From positions 3,162,001-3,226,000 of the forward strand of contig CP089274.1 of NCBI GenBank assembly GCA_023920165.1: a DNA stretch of 64,000 nucleotides, written 5' to 3'. Source of the stretch: Curvularia clavata. Lineage: Eukaryota. A model generated the notes under the pieces. It saw only the letters and a program-made list of their open reading frames with translations, had not been told where the DNA came from and searched no databases. A program made the translations under genes and the position numbers. Position 1 is the first letter of the stretch. Each line of letters starts with the position of its first letter. This document shows positions 49,222-61,593 of this stretch, one piece after another.

Positions 49222-49751
49222 CTATCGGCCTCCTCGGGCAGCACGGGCTTGTTCTCGTTCGCTGGCGTTGTACCTGTAAGTGCTGTTAGCCTCCATCCGG
49301 GAGATTTTCACAATCTGACTCTGCGCATTGCGGTGACGAGTCTCGAGCTGTTTCAACGCGCTCAAATTGGGTACGTACTTGAGGAGCTTCTCAATGAGAT
49401 CAACGTGGGTGAGGATCATGCGGCGGCAGCAATAACGCTGAAGACCGACACTATCGAGTGCTTCACTGGAAAAGTAGAAGGTCAGCAGAAAGCACATATT
49501 AAGAAACCTCAGGGTGCCTGCAAATAGGCACGGTAGTAGAATCGTCGTCCTCAAACGAAGTCTTGTGTAGGATGTTGGAGAGTTCAGATAAAATGGGCGC
49601 GCTTACGCTTCTTCCATGCCGTCACTAAGAAGTGCCATGTATTTCTCCCACAGGTCGCCAGTCACCTAAATCTAATCAGTATATGCACGCATGAGCTGGG
49701 TGGTGATCATCGTACCTTGCCGCAAGAAAAGCATCGGATAGGGACAATCAT
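49222..49751 (-). CDS. RPB10: RNA polymerase I/II/III common subunit Rpb10
   Basis: [18 protein letters not shown]...[30 protein letters not shown]; three introns. Confidence 0.96.
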
Positions 49752-50034
49752 TTTCGGATTTGGGGTGATTGAGAAGTGAGGTAAGTTCTCGCGACGGCGG
49801 TGAAACAGCTGCGGGAAAGCGCTACAGTAGTGTGAAGTTGTGGTGGGTGGTGCGCGGCGTTCGCGATGCCGTCTCAAAGAAAGTTGCGGGCGGCGCGCTA
49901 AGAACGCGGGCGGTGAAAAGCTCGGGCCAGCTCCATCAAAAAAGATTCTCAAGATACATCCAGTGCACCACTATTACGACAATCTTCACCGATTCTGATT
50001 TCTCACGCCAAGCTTATTCCGAGGAGTAGCTAAC

Positions 50035-53000
50035 ATGGCGGACGTGACACCCCAATTGAAACGGAAGAGAGAAGAAGCGGCGGCGCAGAAAAAGGCGAAG
50101 AAGCAGAGGAAAGACGAAGCAGCAGCAGCGCTCAAGGACGGTCGCAACGGCGAACCCACAACCTCTGCGGCCGATTCTACGCCCAAATCGAACAATTCGC
50201 CTACTCCGAAGAAGCAATCGAAATCGACGCCACAAAAAAATGGTGTGAGTAAGGATGAAGCCACTGGTACTCCCGCAAAGGCGCAAAAAGCCAAGAAGTC
50301 GCAAGCCGAGCAGAATGGGTCTGTAGATGAGACCAAAGCGCAAACGGCAAACGCAACTGTCAACGGAAACACTGATGAGGTAGCGCAAGCCGAGGATGGA
50401 CAGCCAGAAGACGTATCTAATGCGACAGACAAGGCAGCACGAAAGAAGGCAAAGAAGGACAGAAAAGAGAAGAACAAGGCAGAGCGCAACGAGCTTGACA
50501 TAACTGAGACATCGGGTTTGGCGAAGAAGAAGAAGAGCAAGAGGTCGGAAACCTGGATTACGTCTTCTTCTCAAGGAGGATGGTATTTGCCTGTGGATCC
50601 TGTATTCTCTAAAGATGAGAAGTACCTCATCATTGCGGACTCCAAATCGCTGCGCGTCTATGACACGGACACATCCTTGCTTGTCCATGCGCTCTCCGAA
50701 GACAACACTGGGGCGCTTACCACCTACGCTCTCTCAGCTGTAGCGCCACACCTCATCTATGCTGCCTACTCCACTGGACAAATCATACTATGGGACTGGG
50801 TAGCAGGAAGAAAGACTGGACGGTGGGAGATTGGCGTGACAGTTCAAAATATGGTCGTCGTTACACGACCCGAGTCTGACGAGGACCTGGTATACTGCCA
50901 TGAAGCCGAAGACGGACACAGCCTTACCCTCCGTGCCTTCCGTACCAATCGCCAGAGCTCAGCTAAGGAACCCAAGACGGAGCTCAAGCAAGTATTGAAC
51001 ACAAGCTCTGCGATTCGCGGTGTTCAGGTTCTTCTACAGGGCAAATATGTTGCAGTCGCCACTGCTGACTCGCTCATTGTCGGGAAGCGCGTCAAGATCA
51101 CCAAAACAGCGCTTCACGAATTCGAGTATGTTTGGCGCGAGGTGAAGTTCTCGAAGCACATCACCACCTTCAGTGTCTTCCATCGTGAGAAGCAGGAAAC
51201 CAATAATGGGAAGAAGAGTGTCCAGGACCAAAGGGAAATCCTTGATGTTGCTGTTGGCGAGGAGACTGGTCTGATCCTTTTGTTTGAGGATATCTTGGCC
51301 TCGTTTGCTACGATTGAGAGCATCCAGAAGGGCAAAAAAGAGAGGACCGATGCGGCCGAGAGCCTCAGACCCAAACGACTTCACTGGCACAGAGATGCAG
51401 TGGGATCCGTCAAGTGGTCGTTGGATGGTAAGCACGCCGGTATTCTTTGCTTGTATACAGCCACTGACATGTACAGGCAACTACATTATCTCTGGTGGCG
51501 ACGAAAATGTTCTCACACTTTGGCAGCTTGCTACTGGGCTTCCACAACACCTACCCCACTTGTCGGCTGCTATTGAAAATATTGTGGTTTCTCCTACGGG
51601 CTCGGCTTATGCTTTGACCCTAGCCAACAACTCTGTAATTGTTCTGTCGACAACCGAACTCGAGGCGCGAACCAACATTGTCGGCATCCAATCTCGACGA
51701 ATCGACCCTGAGCGAATGCCAAAAGAGAACAAGTCCGGCAAAGCATATCTAGGCGTTTTCGAGGCAGTACCTATGGCTGTGGATCCCACAAACCCGAGCG
51801 AGGTATCATTCGCAGTGCCTTCATCACAATCGCGTCAAAAGAGGGCAGGTCTGAGAACAGAGCCATATCTGCAGACATTTGATCTTGCAAATCAGCGCGC
51901 AAAGAGCCGACAGGCATTGACACGCAACAATGCAACAGAACCCAACGTTGCTCCTGACGGCGGAAGGATCAAAGAGCCCAATGTTACACACATCCAGATA
52001 AGTCACGACGGAGAGTGGCTTGCGACAGTTGATGAGTGGCTTCCACCGAAATCGGATACTCGTTACCTTAATGAAGGCGTCCCTGAGTTCAACGAGCAAG
52101 AACGCCTGAACCGTCGAGAGGTTTACTTGAAGATCTGGCGGCGCGACACCTCGAACGGCCAATGGAAGCTGGAAACCCGAATTGATGCGCCTCATTTCTT
52201 CGAGGACAGGTGTGGCAATGGACATGTCTTTGATCTTGTCGCTGACCCTTCTACTGCTGGCTTTGCGACTGTTGGCGAAGATCATGTTGTACGGATATGG
52301 AGACCGAAGACGCGATCACGCGATGGCGTTGTCGTTCGCGGTGCTCAGCAAGAAGGTCTAGTCACCTGGTCGCAAGATTACGCTGTTCAGATGAGCGACA
52401 AGCTTGACATTACCGAAGGGTCGCAGCAGTTCTTGCCACCACGTACCTCGCGACTAGCCTTTTCTGCTGACGGCTCAGTCCTTGCTGCTTCTATTTCTTG
52501 GGATCTCGAGGAAGATGCTGGGGTGACACATCTGATTGACGCCAGCAGCGGAACCATTCGACGGTCATTGACAGAAATCGACGTGACCGCCTTGTCCGGC
52601 CTTGGATTTGTTGGACAGTACTTGGTTGTAGTTGCAGATGCCATCACCGTCTGGGACATGGTTGCCGACCAGCTTGCCTACAGCGTTTCCATTGAGACGC
52701 CTGGCCTCGATCGTTTGGAGCGGGTACCGCTAGTCCGATTGGCCACAAATGAAACAGACGGTACATTTGCTGTGGCACTGCCTCGGTTTGAGAAGAGCGA
52801 ATCTCATGCTTCCAAGATCAAGAAGACATCGTCTAAGCTATTCATTTATAGCCCGGAGCACCAAAAAGCAGTCTGCAGAGAAACTCTGACTCCCATTAGC
52901 CTGGCTCTTGTATCTCGAAGGAGTGAGAGCGGTTACATTGTTCTCGACTCACGGTCTTGCCTCAAGACCATCACTCCAGGTGCTGGCCTGTTGCAACTCC

Positions 53001-53269
53001 TTACACCGCCACCTGAGGAGCAACTCGAGCCCCACCGCATCGCTTACCCAGATGAGATGGATGTGGAAGAGGATGAGTCTGACCGACCCCTGGCCAAGCT
53101 TCTGGTATCGGAGGACCTCACACAGGACGTCGAGCAAGAAGAGCATGTATTCAACATGCAAGACTTGCAGAACGTGCTGCATGATGGCTCAGTGCCTCCA
53201 CCACCACAAGGCTTGTTCAGTAATATTTTGGCGCTGATTGGCGGGACATCACAAAAAGTAGCAGCATAG
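50035..53269 (+). CDS. UTP17: t-UTP WD40 protein Utp17/Nan1/WDR75
   Basis: LHWHRDAVGSVKWSLDG|NYIISGGDENVLTLWQLATGLPQHLPHL; ISHDGEWLATVDEW; basic low-complexity N-terminus; intron 51428-51476. Confidence 0.9.
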
Positions 53270-53816
53270 GCGCTGTAATTGTTTGGAGATGTACCTTTCT
53301 TTGTAGAATACGATAACGTTTCGTGTGTTCATATGCGTTGTCTGCTTTGGCTCATACTACTTCATGAAATGCACGGTAATGCCACGATTCAATCAAAAAT
53401 GGTGTCTAGCTTTCACTCTCTGTACCAAGTCTTTGCTGTAGAGTTGTACACTCGCTCCGCTGGAGAATGCATTTGGTTTACCATTCCATAAGACGGGCAT
53501 GTGCAGTACGAAACAGGGATGAGGAAAACTTTTTTCTAGCGCCATACTCAAATCATATGAGTGCGTATCTCATTTCCAATTCGTACCTCTTACTTCAACG
53601 TTGCCCGGACCCAGTTGTGTCTCCCGCACCCACAAACGCCCTCGGTACCAGGAGTGCGGGGTTGTTTCCTCCGCCCCACGCCCCGTCAGCCCACTTTCCC
53701 GCTCCTTTTGTTGCGTTGGCCTGACCAACTGTCACTGTGACGACTCTGCCATCTGTATGTGCGCGGATTCTTGAATCATAAGTATATTGCGCGAACAATC
53801 TGCCATCAAATCAGCA

Positions 53817-53901
53817 GCCCGCTTGGCTTAGTGGTACAGCGTCGCACTCGTATACCTTCTGCGAAATGCGAAGATCCGCGGTTCGATTCCGCGAGTGGGC
53901 A
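53817..53901 (+). tRNA. tRNA-Thr(CGU) with a 13-nt canonical intron (53853-53865)
   Basis: Acceptor stem GCCCGCT/AGTGGGC plus discriminator A; D-arm with TGGCTTAGTGG; anticodon stem TCGCA/TGCGA with CT-CGT-A; T-arm CGCGG-TTCGATT-CCGCG; T5 terminator at ~53912. Confidence 0.95.
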
Positions 53902-55415
53902 TAGTTTAATCTTTTTGAACACTTTACCTTGTCTTTTTTGCACTGCGTTTGGGGTGGTGGTGATGATGATGGGTTTGCATTTTTGTGTGTGGTGAAGACG
54001 TGGGGGAAAAGTGAGGCAGGGCAGCACACGCTAGTGTCTAGGAGGAACATGGTTGTACATCATTTGATATTAGGGACTTGCTAGCTAGAGGTTGATAGAC
54101 TGGGTGCATAGTATGCCATGTCTTCGCATTGGCCATATTGATTGACTAGCTTTTATTGAAAACCGATATGGAATTTACTATAGTTATCTAGAAGAGCGGT
54201 AGAAGATAGAAATCAGTCAACACTTTGGTGCTCAACAAGACTACTTGCCCGATTTAATCTCTTAGTGCACGACGCTGTCGGTGACATGTACAGCCTAGAG
54301 CCATCATAATTTTTCTTAGTACGAGAAAAGGCTGAGGCCATGAAAGCGGACCACGCGAATACGAAATAACCACCGTCTGGTTCGTACGGCGTGTAGCAAC
54401 ACGGCAAGACACGAACCAAGAGGCAGAAGAGGCAAAAAGGAAACAATACCCCGATGGCCCGAACAGCGTACCAAGGAAACGCAGTGGCCCGTGATAAAGA
54501 TGATTAGCAACGATACACGGACCAACAAGTGTTTTTAAGGTTCGGACAATATCAAAATAAGGGTTCGGAACCGTGGAGAGAGAAGGAATGAAGCAGGGTG
54601 GACGGACCGCATGGATGCACGTACGAGGCGGGACAGGGCGGGGTGGAGGGGCGGAAAGGGAAGAAGAAAAGAGGGGGGAAAGCATGAAGGAAGAAGATGG
54701 TGTGGTGCTAATGCTTTTTTGATTTTCTATGGAGAGTTGGTGGGGTTTGATGGATAAAGAAAGGCCATGGGAATGACTGTAGGTTTTCCTGCTGTGTCTA
54801 GACATGCGCATTCATGTTTCACTTAGTCACGCAAGGAGGGGCAGCGGTGTCTCTTTGGAAAGAAGAAGAAAGAGTAGATATAACGAAAAATAAGAAGCCC
54901 CGCGACGAGGCTTGTAGAATGGTATTTGACTTGGAACGAATTACACTCTTTTTCCTCCCAGTCCTGAATAAAAGAACACTCTCCTTCTCTCTTCTTACTT
55001 TCTCACTCGAGGACCCGGAACCATCCCCCGCTCTGTCCGCTCTCCATTACCATAGTTGGTCTCGACTGGGGGGTATCGCTTGGTGAAATGCATGTGCGCG
55101 CAGTAGTATCGCACACATGCAGAGGATAAAAGAAAGGAACAAAATGAATGCCTTAAATGCTACAATCAAACAAGAATAAAGTCGCCAATCTGCCACTTCA
55201 ATGTCGTTAAAAAGGGTGTATGTGATGAAAAAAAGAACAATAAGTCAAGGACGTTAAAAAACAAACAAACAAACTTCGAGCTGCCGTTAGAAGATGCGTT
55301 CATGAACATGATTCTCCTTCTCCTCCTCCCCAGTCTCTGCATGCCTCGCAACACAAGACTCTTGCATATGTAGGTTGATGTCTGTGTGATTACGCGTGTG
55401 ATTAATGGTTTTTTC

Positions 55416-56135
55416 CTAGAATTCCCATCTTGTCGACTTACGCCTGTCGGATTGACCGGACTGGACAGGCTCATCATGTTTGCCAATATCCTTGAACAGG
55501 TCGTCGGCGCTGAGGCTCAACGCGTCCTCGTTGACACCAAAGGAGCTGAGGCCAGGAAGGGCGGGTGGCGGGGGGCCTTTTGGCTCGAGGGATTGCGCGG
55601 GTTGTGGCTGCGAGACGGTGCGACTGTTGGAGTAGACGGCCGAATCGACGTGTCCTTCTGGCACGGGGCCGGCGATGAAGGTTTTCCTCTTGCCGAACCA
55701 GCTGCCACTCTTCCTCCTGTTCAGGCTAGGTGCCTGGCTGTTGATTGTGGCGGGCGAGCCTGGCCGGTCGGTCTTGAGGCTGTCTGAGGAGGATAGCGTG
55801 CGGATGCCGAGAAACTTGCGGACGGAACCAGGGCGTTTGCTTGAGGGACTCGTGGGGGACATGGTGCTGGCTCCATCGCTTGTGCGGCTCTCTCGCAGTT
55901 GGGAGTCGGGTGTCGAGCCATCGACAGGCTTGTCTGGAGGCGGCGACTCTCTCTGGGACGGGAAGGTGGGCGACTTGGGAGTTGGATGGGAGGAGAGTGG
56001 ACCCTTGCCCGGGGTAGGAGGACGAGGCGTGTCGGGCGGGCTGTCGAGAGGCGCGGGTATCGAGGTGCCCTCTGTGAGGGAGAAGTTGATGGGAGTAAGC
56101 GTCAATGGCTTGTACTCAAACTTGCTCGACGACAT
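55416..56135 (-). CDS. Hypothetical Pro/Ser-rich protein
   Basis: MSSSKFEYKPLTLTPINFSLTEGTSIPAP...GPLSSHPTP...RRKSGSWFGKRK...GPPPPALP. A possible terminal intron (GTAAGT at 55441 to CAG ~55382) would move the stop to 55287. Confidence 0.75.
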   Translation of the reverse strand: MSSSKFEYKPLTLTPINFSLTEGTSIPAPLDSPPDTPRPPTPGKGPLSSHPTPKSPTFPSQRESPPPDKPVDGSTPDSQLRESRTSDGASTMSPTSPSSKRPGSVRKFLGIRTLSSSDSLKTDRPGSPATINSQAPSLNRRKSGSWFGKRKTFIAGPVPEGHVDSAVYSNSRTVSQPQPAQSLEPKGPPPPALPGLSSFGVNEDALSLSADDLFKDIGKHDEPVQSGQSDRRKSTRWEF

Positions 56136-56923
56136 GGTGATGATGATGGTGGTAGTGGTGGTAGCAGGTAACAAGGACGGCGAAGCAAGTGAGTGGTTTT
56201 GGGGCTGACCAGGGAAGCAGGCTGGATCTGCTGGGACGGCAGCCAAGGTGCTACGGTTGGCGTGGCAGCACAGAGAAAAGAAGCTTCAGGAGGTGGGTTG
56301 GGTGGTGAAGCGGAGGAACGTGACGGGGGTCTGCCTTACACGGCCGGGGATACTCAAGGGCCGGGGAGGGAAGTCGTCGCACAACAAGACAGCAGCACGC
56401 AAGGCCCGCCCAAGCAAGACGCGCAGCACTCGGGGAACGGGCGGACCGAGACGCTCTCGCGCCCTCAGTCCATCGGCCATGCGATACACACACATTACCA
56501 TTATACGTGCATAAAACCTACTGGGCAGCACCCAATATGCAACCCAAGCGTACCTGGCATGCCATGCTTACCGGCGCTGCATGCGCGTCCTAGCGCGTCG
56601 TGCCCGAACCAGAAGACGCAGCGGGGCCGGTGGCTTCAGCCTGCATGCACTTGGTGCCACCCGAGCGACCCCCGCCCGCCCATCCATGAATCAACCATCT
56701 CATCTGTGGTGGTATATAACCGATAGAGAACCAATACTATACCCAAGCACACAACAGGGCCGTGGTTGGCATTCGTCCGGCACTGCCCATGGCAACCAAA
56801 GACATGTCCATTCCTTCTCGCTACCCCTGACCGCACTAGTCGCCTGCCCACGCTTATGTAATTGTCCGGCCCATATCATATCTTCCTACTATAGCTACAC
56901 GCACGACTCGCTCCGTCTGGTTC

Positions 56924-58596
56924 TCATCTGGTCTTGCGCTGGTGAATTTCGTCCAGCTCGGCAATCTCGTCCAGCAACTGGCACGTCTCGAGCGGGTTGG
57001 CAATCCAGGCCGTGGTACACGCCAGCCGTGCCTTGAAGTCGTTTGCTCCCGCACTGAGGAACTGGTCGCCCACATGCAGCGTCTTGCTTCCTGGGATTCC
57101 CCCGAAAATCCGCTGACACGCTAAAACCCCCCATGACTTGTCTCCAATATCGACAAATACGTCGTTTCCGCCTAGTTACATGTCAGTCAGGACCTGCTGG
57201 CCAGAGCCTAGCCTCGCAACATACCATTGAACGCGCAAAACGGCAGCCGCTGGCCGACTTCAGAAATTTCCTACTAGTGTCAGTATAGCGTACTGGGCAA
57301 CCTTTCTCCCCCACATACCAATATCTTCTGGATAATCAAAACAGTCTCCTCTAGTGTTTCTCTGCAAAATTTGTACCCAGGCTTGGGAACAATACCTACT
57401 GCCCGCTCCTTGCGGACGACATTCGCTTCCATCCGGAAGTTGCGGATCGTGTCCCTCAGCGACGCCTCTGCTAGGTCGAGTAGGTCCTTGATGTCTGACT
57501 CGTGCCACAACAGCATCTCTTCCAGTAGCCACTCCGCTCTCGGTACGAGCCGCAACAAAACCGGACTGTTTTCATCAAACTTGAAACAAAAGTTGCTCTC
57601 GCCTCCCATGATGAGCAGATTTTGCCGAGCTTCTCGAGGCAGATCCGAAGCCTGAATCGCGTCGAGAAGCCCGTGCAGTCTCCCGTAGTAAGGCTTCGCC
57701 TCGGTGTACCCAGCGGCTGTGACGATACCAATCTTGGATCCACGCTGCATTAGTCGCAGTATCTTTGGGATAATTGGGTTGTCCGGTTCCAGGTCTTTCC
57801 CGTCGTCGTACAACGTGACGTCTCCGTCAAACGTGACGAGCTCCAACGGGCCACTGCGGATAAGACTCATCACCTGAGCTGTGTTGAGCACCAAACGAAC
57901 GTCATTGAACGAAGGCGGGACAAAGCGCCGATGACTAATGAAGCGCCGTTGGTCTTGCCATATAAAAGCATCGTGTAGTGCTAATGGTGTGAAGAAATTT
58001 GCTACCGATGGGACAAGCAGCTTCAGCTTAGATCTATCTGGCTTGCCATCCTTTTGGTGTTGAACTGCAGAGCATCAGCACCAAGCAACGTCATTGTGTC
58101 TCTTGAAAGCTGATGCAGCTTAATGACTCACTGTGATCGTTGATAATCTCTTCGACGTCACGCAGAATCTCGGCATATCGCCGCTGGGCAACATTGGCTT
58201 GCTGTTCGACCGACTCGCCATTGGGCTCAAACACAGCGGTTGGATGCGAGTGCAACACAAAAGGAACAGCTAACAGACCCTGGTGTTTTATAAGAAACAG
58301 GGCTATACAAGTGTTCAAACACGAATAGTATTACCTTGATCCATTCTATCTGATACCGCTGTTAGCCAAAGCGGACAATTCGAGTAATAAGTGGTGCTCA
58401 CAAGCTGATCTCTTCGATGAGTCTTTCCACAATGTCAGCGGCATACAGTCAAATGTTGAGGCGGTCAAGTTAGATACACACCTTGAGAGCATCTACAAGT
58501 CGGAGAACATCATGTCAGCATGGTGGTTACTTGCGGCAGCTGTCGTACTGATGGAGAGCGTGAGTACTCACATTCTACACGGTATCTTGTGGTCAT
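56924..58596 (-). CDS. ISN1: IMP-specific 5'-nucleotidase Isn1 (HAD family)
   Basis: MTTRYRVEYALKTHRRDQLIEWIKGLLAVPFVL assembled from micro-exons; LVTFDGDVTLYDDG; IGIVTAAGY; FCAFNGGNDVFVDIGDKSWG; LHVGDQF...GNDFKAR. Confidence 0.95.
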
Positions 58597-59018
58597 TTTG
58601 GACAAATTCAATCGGTGAGAGGAGAGGAGAGAAGGGGGAAGAAGCAATGAAGTGTGAGCTGTCACTATGGTTGAGGCTGTATGTCCAAGCTTATCGGAGT
58701 CCGCCGCTAGTGGCTGGAGAAGGAAGGGGCCATGCACATGTGACCCGTCATATCCCCGCACGATGCTACATAGACTGCAGCAAGAATGTGTATAGATGGT
58801 GTCACTAATTCGATGGTCGTTTTTGCATGAGATGATGGACACAGCAACAAGGCCCCGTTGCTCATTGTGCAATGGCATGCTACAATCGATAAGCGGGGGA
58901 TCGACTAACGGCCGCTACTGAGAGCTCCGACCTTTATGCAAGGGCCCACCACGTCCGACCAAACCACTGCAACTCAGCTTCTGCAAACCCGCCTGCTGCT
59001 GTCGACCCGGGTGTTGCC

Positions 59019-61100
59019 ATGGATTCGTTAAACAACGTCGCTCTGCGGCCGTGGCCAGCTGCCGACAAGGAAGAGCTGACCCAGGACGACCTCTTGCTCA
59101 AGATCGAGCAGTTGGCCAGCGAACGTGGTCATTTGCGCGACATCACTGAGCAGTCGCTGCAGGAAGACATTGACGCGGGCAAGCACGTACCCGACGATGC
59201 CGACGACTCAAATAAGCAGGGCGACAAGGACAAGGAGCTCGAGGCGCCGTCTCGACAGGAGCAAATGGAGAAGGCATTCAAAGCGGGCCAGGAAATGTAC
59301 AGCCACTTGGAGTAGGTCTGACCCAAGCATATCCCCGCCGAAGACGCGACGGCTGACGAGAAACAGATGGGCCAGATTCGCCGCTGCCAATGCGCTCGAT
59401 CTCGTCTCGCTTGTCCTTTCTCAAGACCCAAACAAGCGCAGTTTGAACTTCTTCAGCTCGACGTTTCGCGAACAGGGTTTAAATCAGGGCATCCCTCTCG
59501 GCTCTTTTGGCATGAGTAGGGAGAATCACGAGCACCGCATTCGCAAGCCCGAAGAGCAGCAAAGGCTACAGGATGTAGAGGCTAGACAAGAAGTCGTGGC
59601 ACAAGGCGCACGTATGGACGCGCTCGACTCGTCAGTGGATGAGATTCTCAAAGCTGCGAAGCACTTGGAGAAGGAAATACGACGAGAGACAAAATACTGG
59701 CACCAAATTGTCTCCGTCTCGGACAAGGGATGGCCGATCCAGCGCCTGCGTCAGAATGTTCGCCATGCGCCTTTTGCTGTGCGCTACGGACTTCCCGAAG
59801 GTAATGTTCACTCAGTCTATGAAGCTATGCTTGTGCTGATATAAACTTAGCGAGTGACCATTTCAAAGCTCGCGGCTTTGCCCCTCTGCAGATGGACAAA
59901 GATGGCAGCATCATACTCGACCCGGCTCTCGCACTCAAGCCGAAGATACTCCGCGTGCGAATTAACGTCAACGGGAAAATCACTGGAACATCTCAAATCC
60001 CCATTGACAGCGATCTTGCTGATCAATCACTCGAAAAGTCGATTCAACTGGCACGTGATTCCTTGTTTGAAGAAGAGCTGTACTATGAGATGAGTTTGGA
60101 AACGCGGCAATTACTAGCATACGGAGTTGAGTTCCGGGATTCCGTCATTTACGTTAATGCGCCTCAAATGGGAGGCCAACCGCAAACCAGGAAGCTACTT
60201 ATCGATTGTGTGCCCCGAGACGACCCCATATCGAGTAGCCAATCTCACGAGCATGACTGGCTGGCAAAGAACGTTGCCGAGTCGCTGCGCCTCTTGCTCG
60301 CCCACGAGCACAGTATGCGTCTTTACCGGAGATCACAGCTTCCGCCTCCGTTGACGGGACGAACACGCGAAAAGCAGTCACCTCCCTTACTCCGTACACT
60401 TCTTGCGGTTCTCCATCATATTGAGGGCGTAGATTCGCTTCATGCCTATCTTGCATCCGTCGCAAGGACTCTGCGTAGCGCTGGCCTCGACGTGACCCTG
60501 GACACGACGCGTGAAACCTCCTGGGCGAAACTTGCGGAAAGTTTAGAAGCCTCGTCAAAGAAAGGCCTGTCTGCTACTGATCAGCTCTTTGAGATTTTCA
60601 TGAAGCCTTTTGGTGGAACTGCTGCTCTGGCCCTTCCTACGTCTACCGGCGTACAACCGGAAACCCTTAACATTGTCACACGTACTATCATCGGTCAACC
60701 TACTTTCGGCACTGAGCACAGACTGACTCTCCCACCCACACTGAGCTCCGATCTTGGATTGTTCCAGCAGCAGAAGTTTGCGACTGTCGAGGAACTGAAG
60801 TCCTACCTGGACTGGATTATCTCGCTCCACATTGCCCATAGATTACTCAAGAACGACTATTCCTCTCGCGCGCAAACTGTGGGTCAGGATGCCCGTCTCT
60901 CAATTCGCGTTAAGGATGCGAAGAAGGGTGACTCGCCTTCAAGAGACATTAGAATTGACTTCAATGATGGCGAGCTCAAGGCTTCAAAGTTGATTGTAGA
61001 TGCACCACCGGAATCCGAGAACGCAGAGCATTCGCACACCTGGGTCGGGAAAGACGATAGTACCTCTTTGAGAGAAGTCATCAAGAATTGGGTTGGATAA
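59019..61100 (+). CDS. SRB4: Mediator subunit Med17/Srb4
   Basis: ALRPWP...IEQLASERGHLRDITEQSL; LEKEIRRETKYW; IQLARDSLFEEELYYEMSLE; introns 59312-59366 and 59801-59850. Confidence 0.88.
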
Positions 61101-61593
61101 GAGCCTGGAGCCGTACAATGGCTGCCAGCCTAATTCGATGGCGCCATCATCTACCGAGTGGTCCGAATAATCTCCGCCCATTAAGAAAAATCTAGAAGCT
61201 AGTTGTGAGAGCTTAGAAATTCACACGATATCATAATCAACAAAATATTACCGCTCCTTCCCAGAAACAGATGCCCCCGGTCTAGTTTCCTGCCGCGCCG
61301 TGCCGTTCATGTCATGTTGCATCAAAAAAGCGGGGTGAACCATTGTGACGTCTAAACCCTAACCAGGTAGCTGCTTTAGGATCCAGCCTGGCAGATGCAG
61401 ACGTTGACAAAGATCGTCAGTTACATTTGCTTATTCAAGTGCCTGGCATGTGCATGACGTGGAGACTATTGTCTTGTTTACAGTTACCATCCGTCATTTT
61501 CACGATTTACGCGTGCGAGATCGTGGAGCCATATAAGTTGACAGTGGCAGCCACCATGCAACGATCTACCCACACATCGCTCTTGTGCTCAAG

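Noticed and set aside
46931..49607. Longer introns (nucleotidase intron 1, RPB10 intron 2) as stwintrons or snoRNA hosts
   Set aside because: No split-donor pattern or convincing C/D or H/ACA architecture found by eye.
53595..53798. Gly-rich 67-aa minus-strand ORF next to the tRNA
   Set aside because: No ATG start and no recognisable family; cannot be supported as a gene or pseudogene.
56870..56926. Stop-codon read-through creating cryptic PTS1 signals (checked for ISN1, ETR1, CCS1, the FAD oxidoreductase and CrgA)
   Set aside because: No TGA-CTA context, and the extensions do not end in SKL-like tripeptides.
61352..61364. AAACCCTAACC telomere-like / telomerase-template-like motif
   Set aside because: A single copy in a ~500-bp intergenic gap, too short for a fungal telomerase RNA and not an array.
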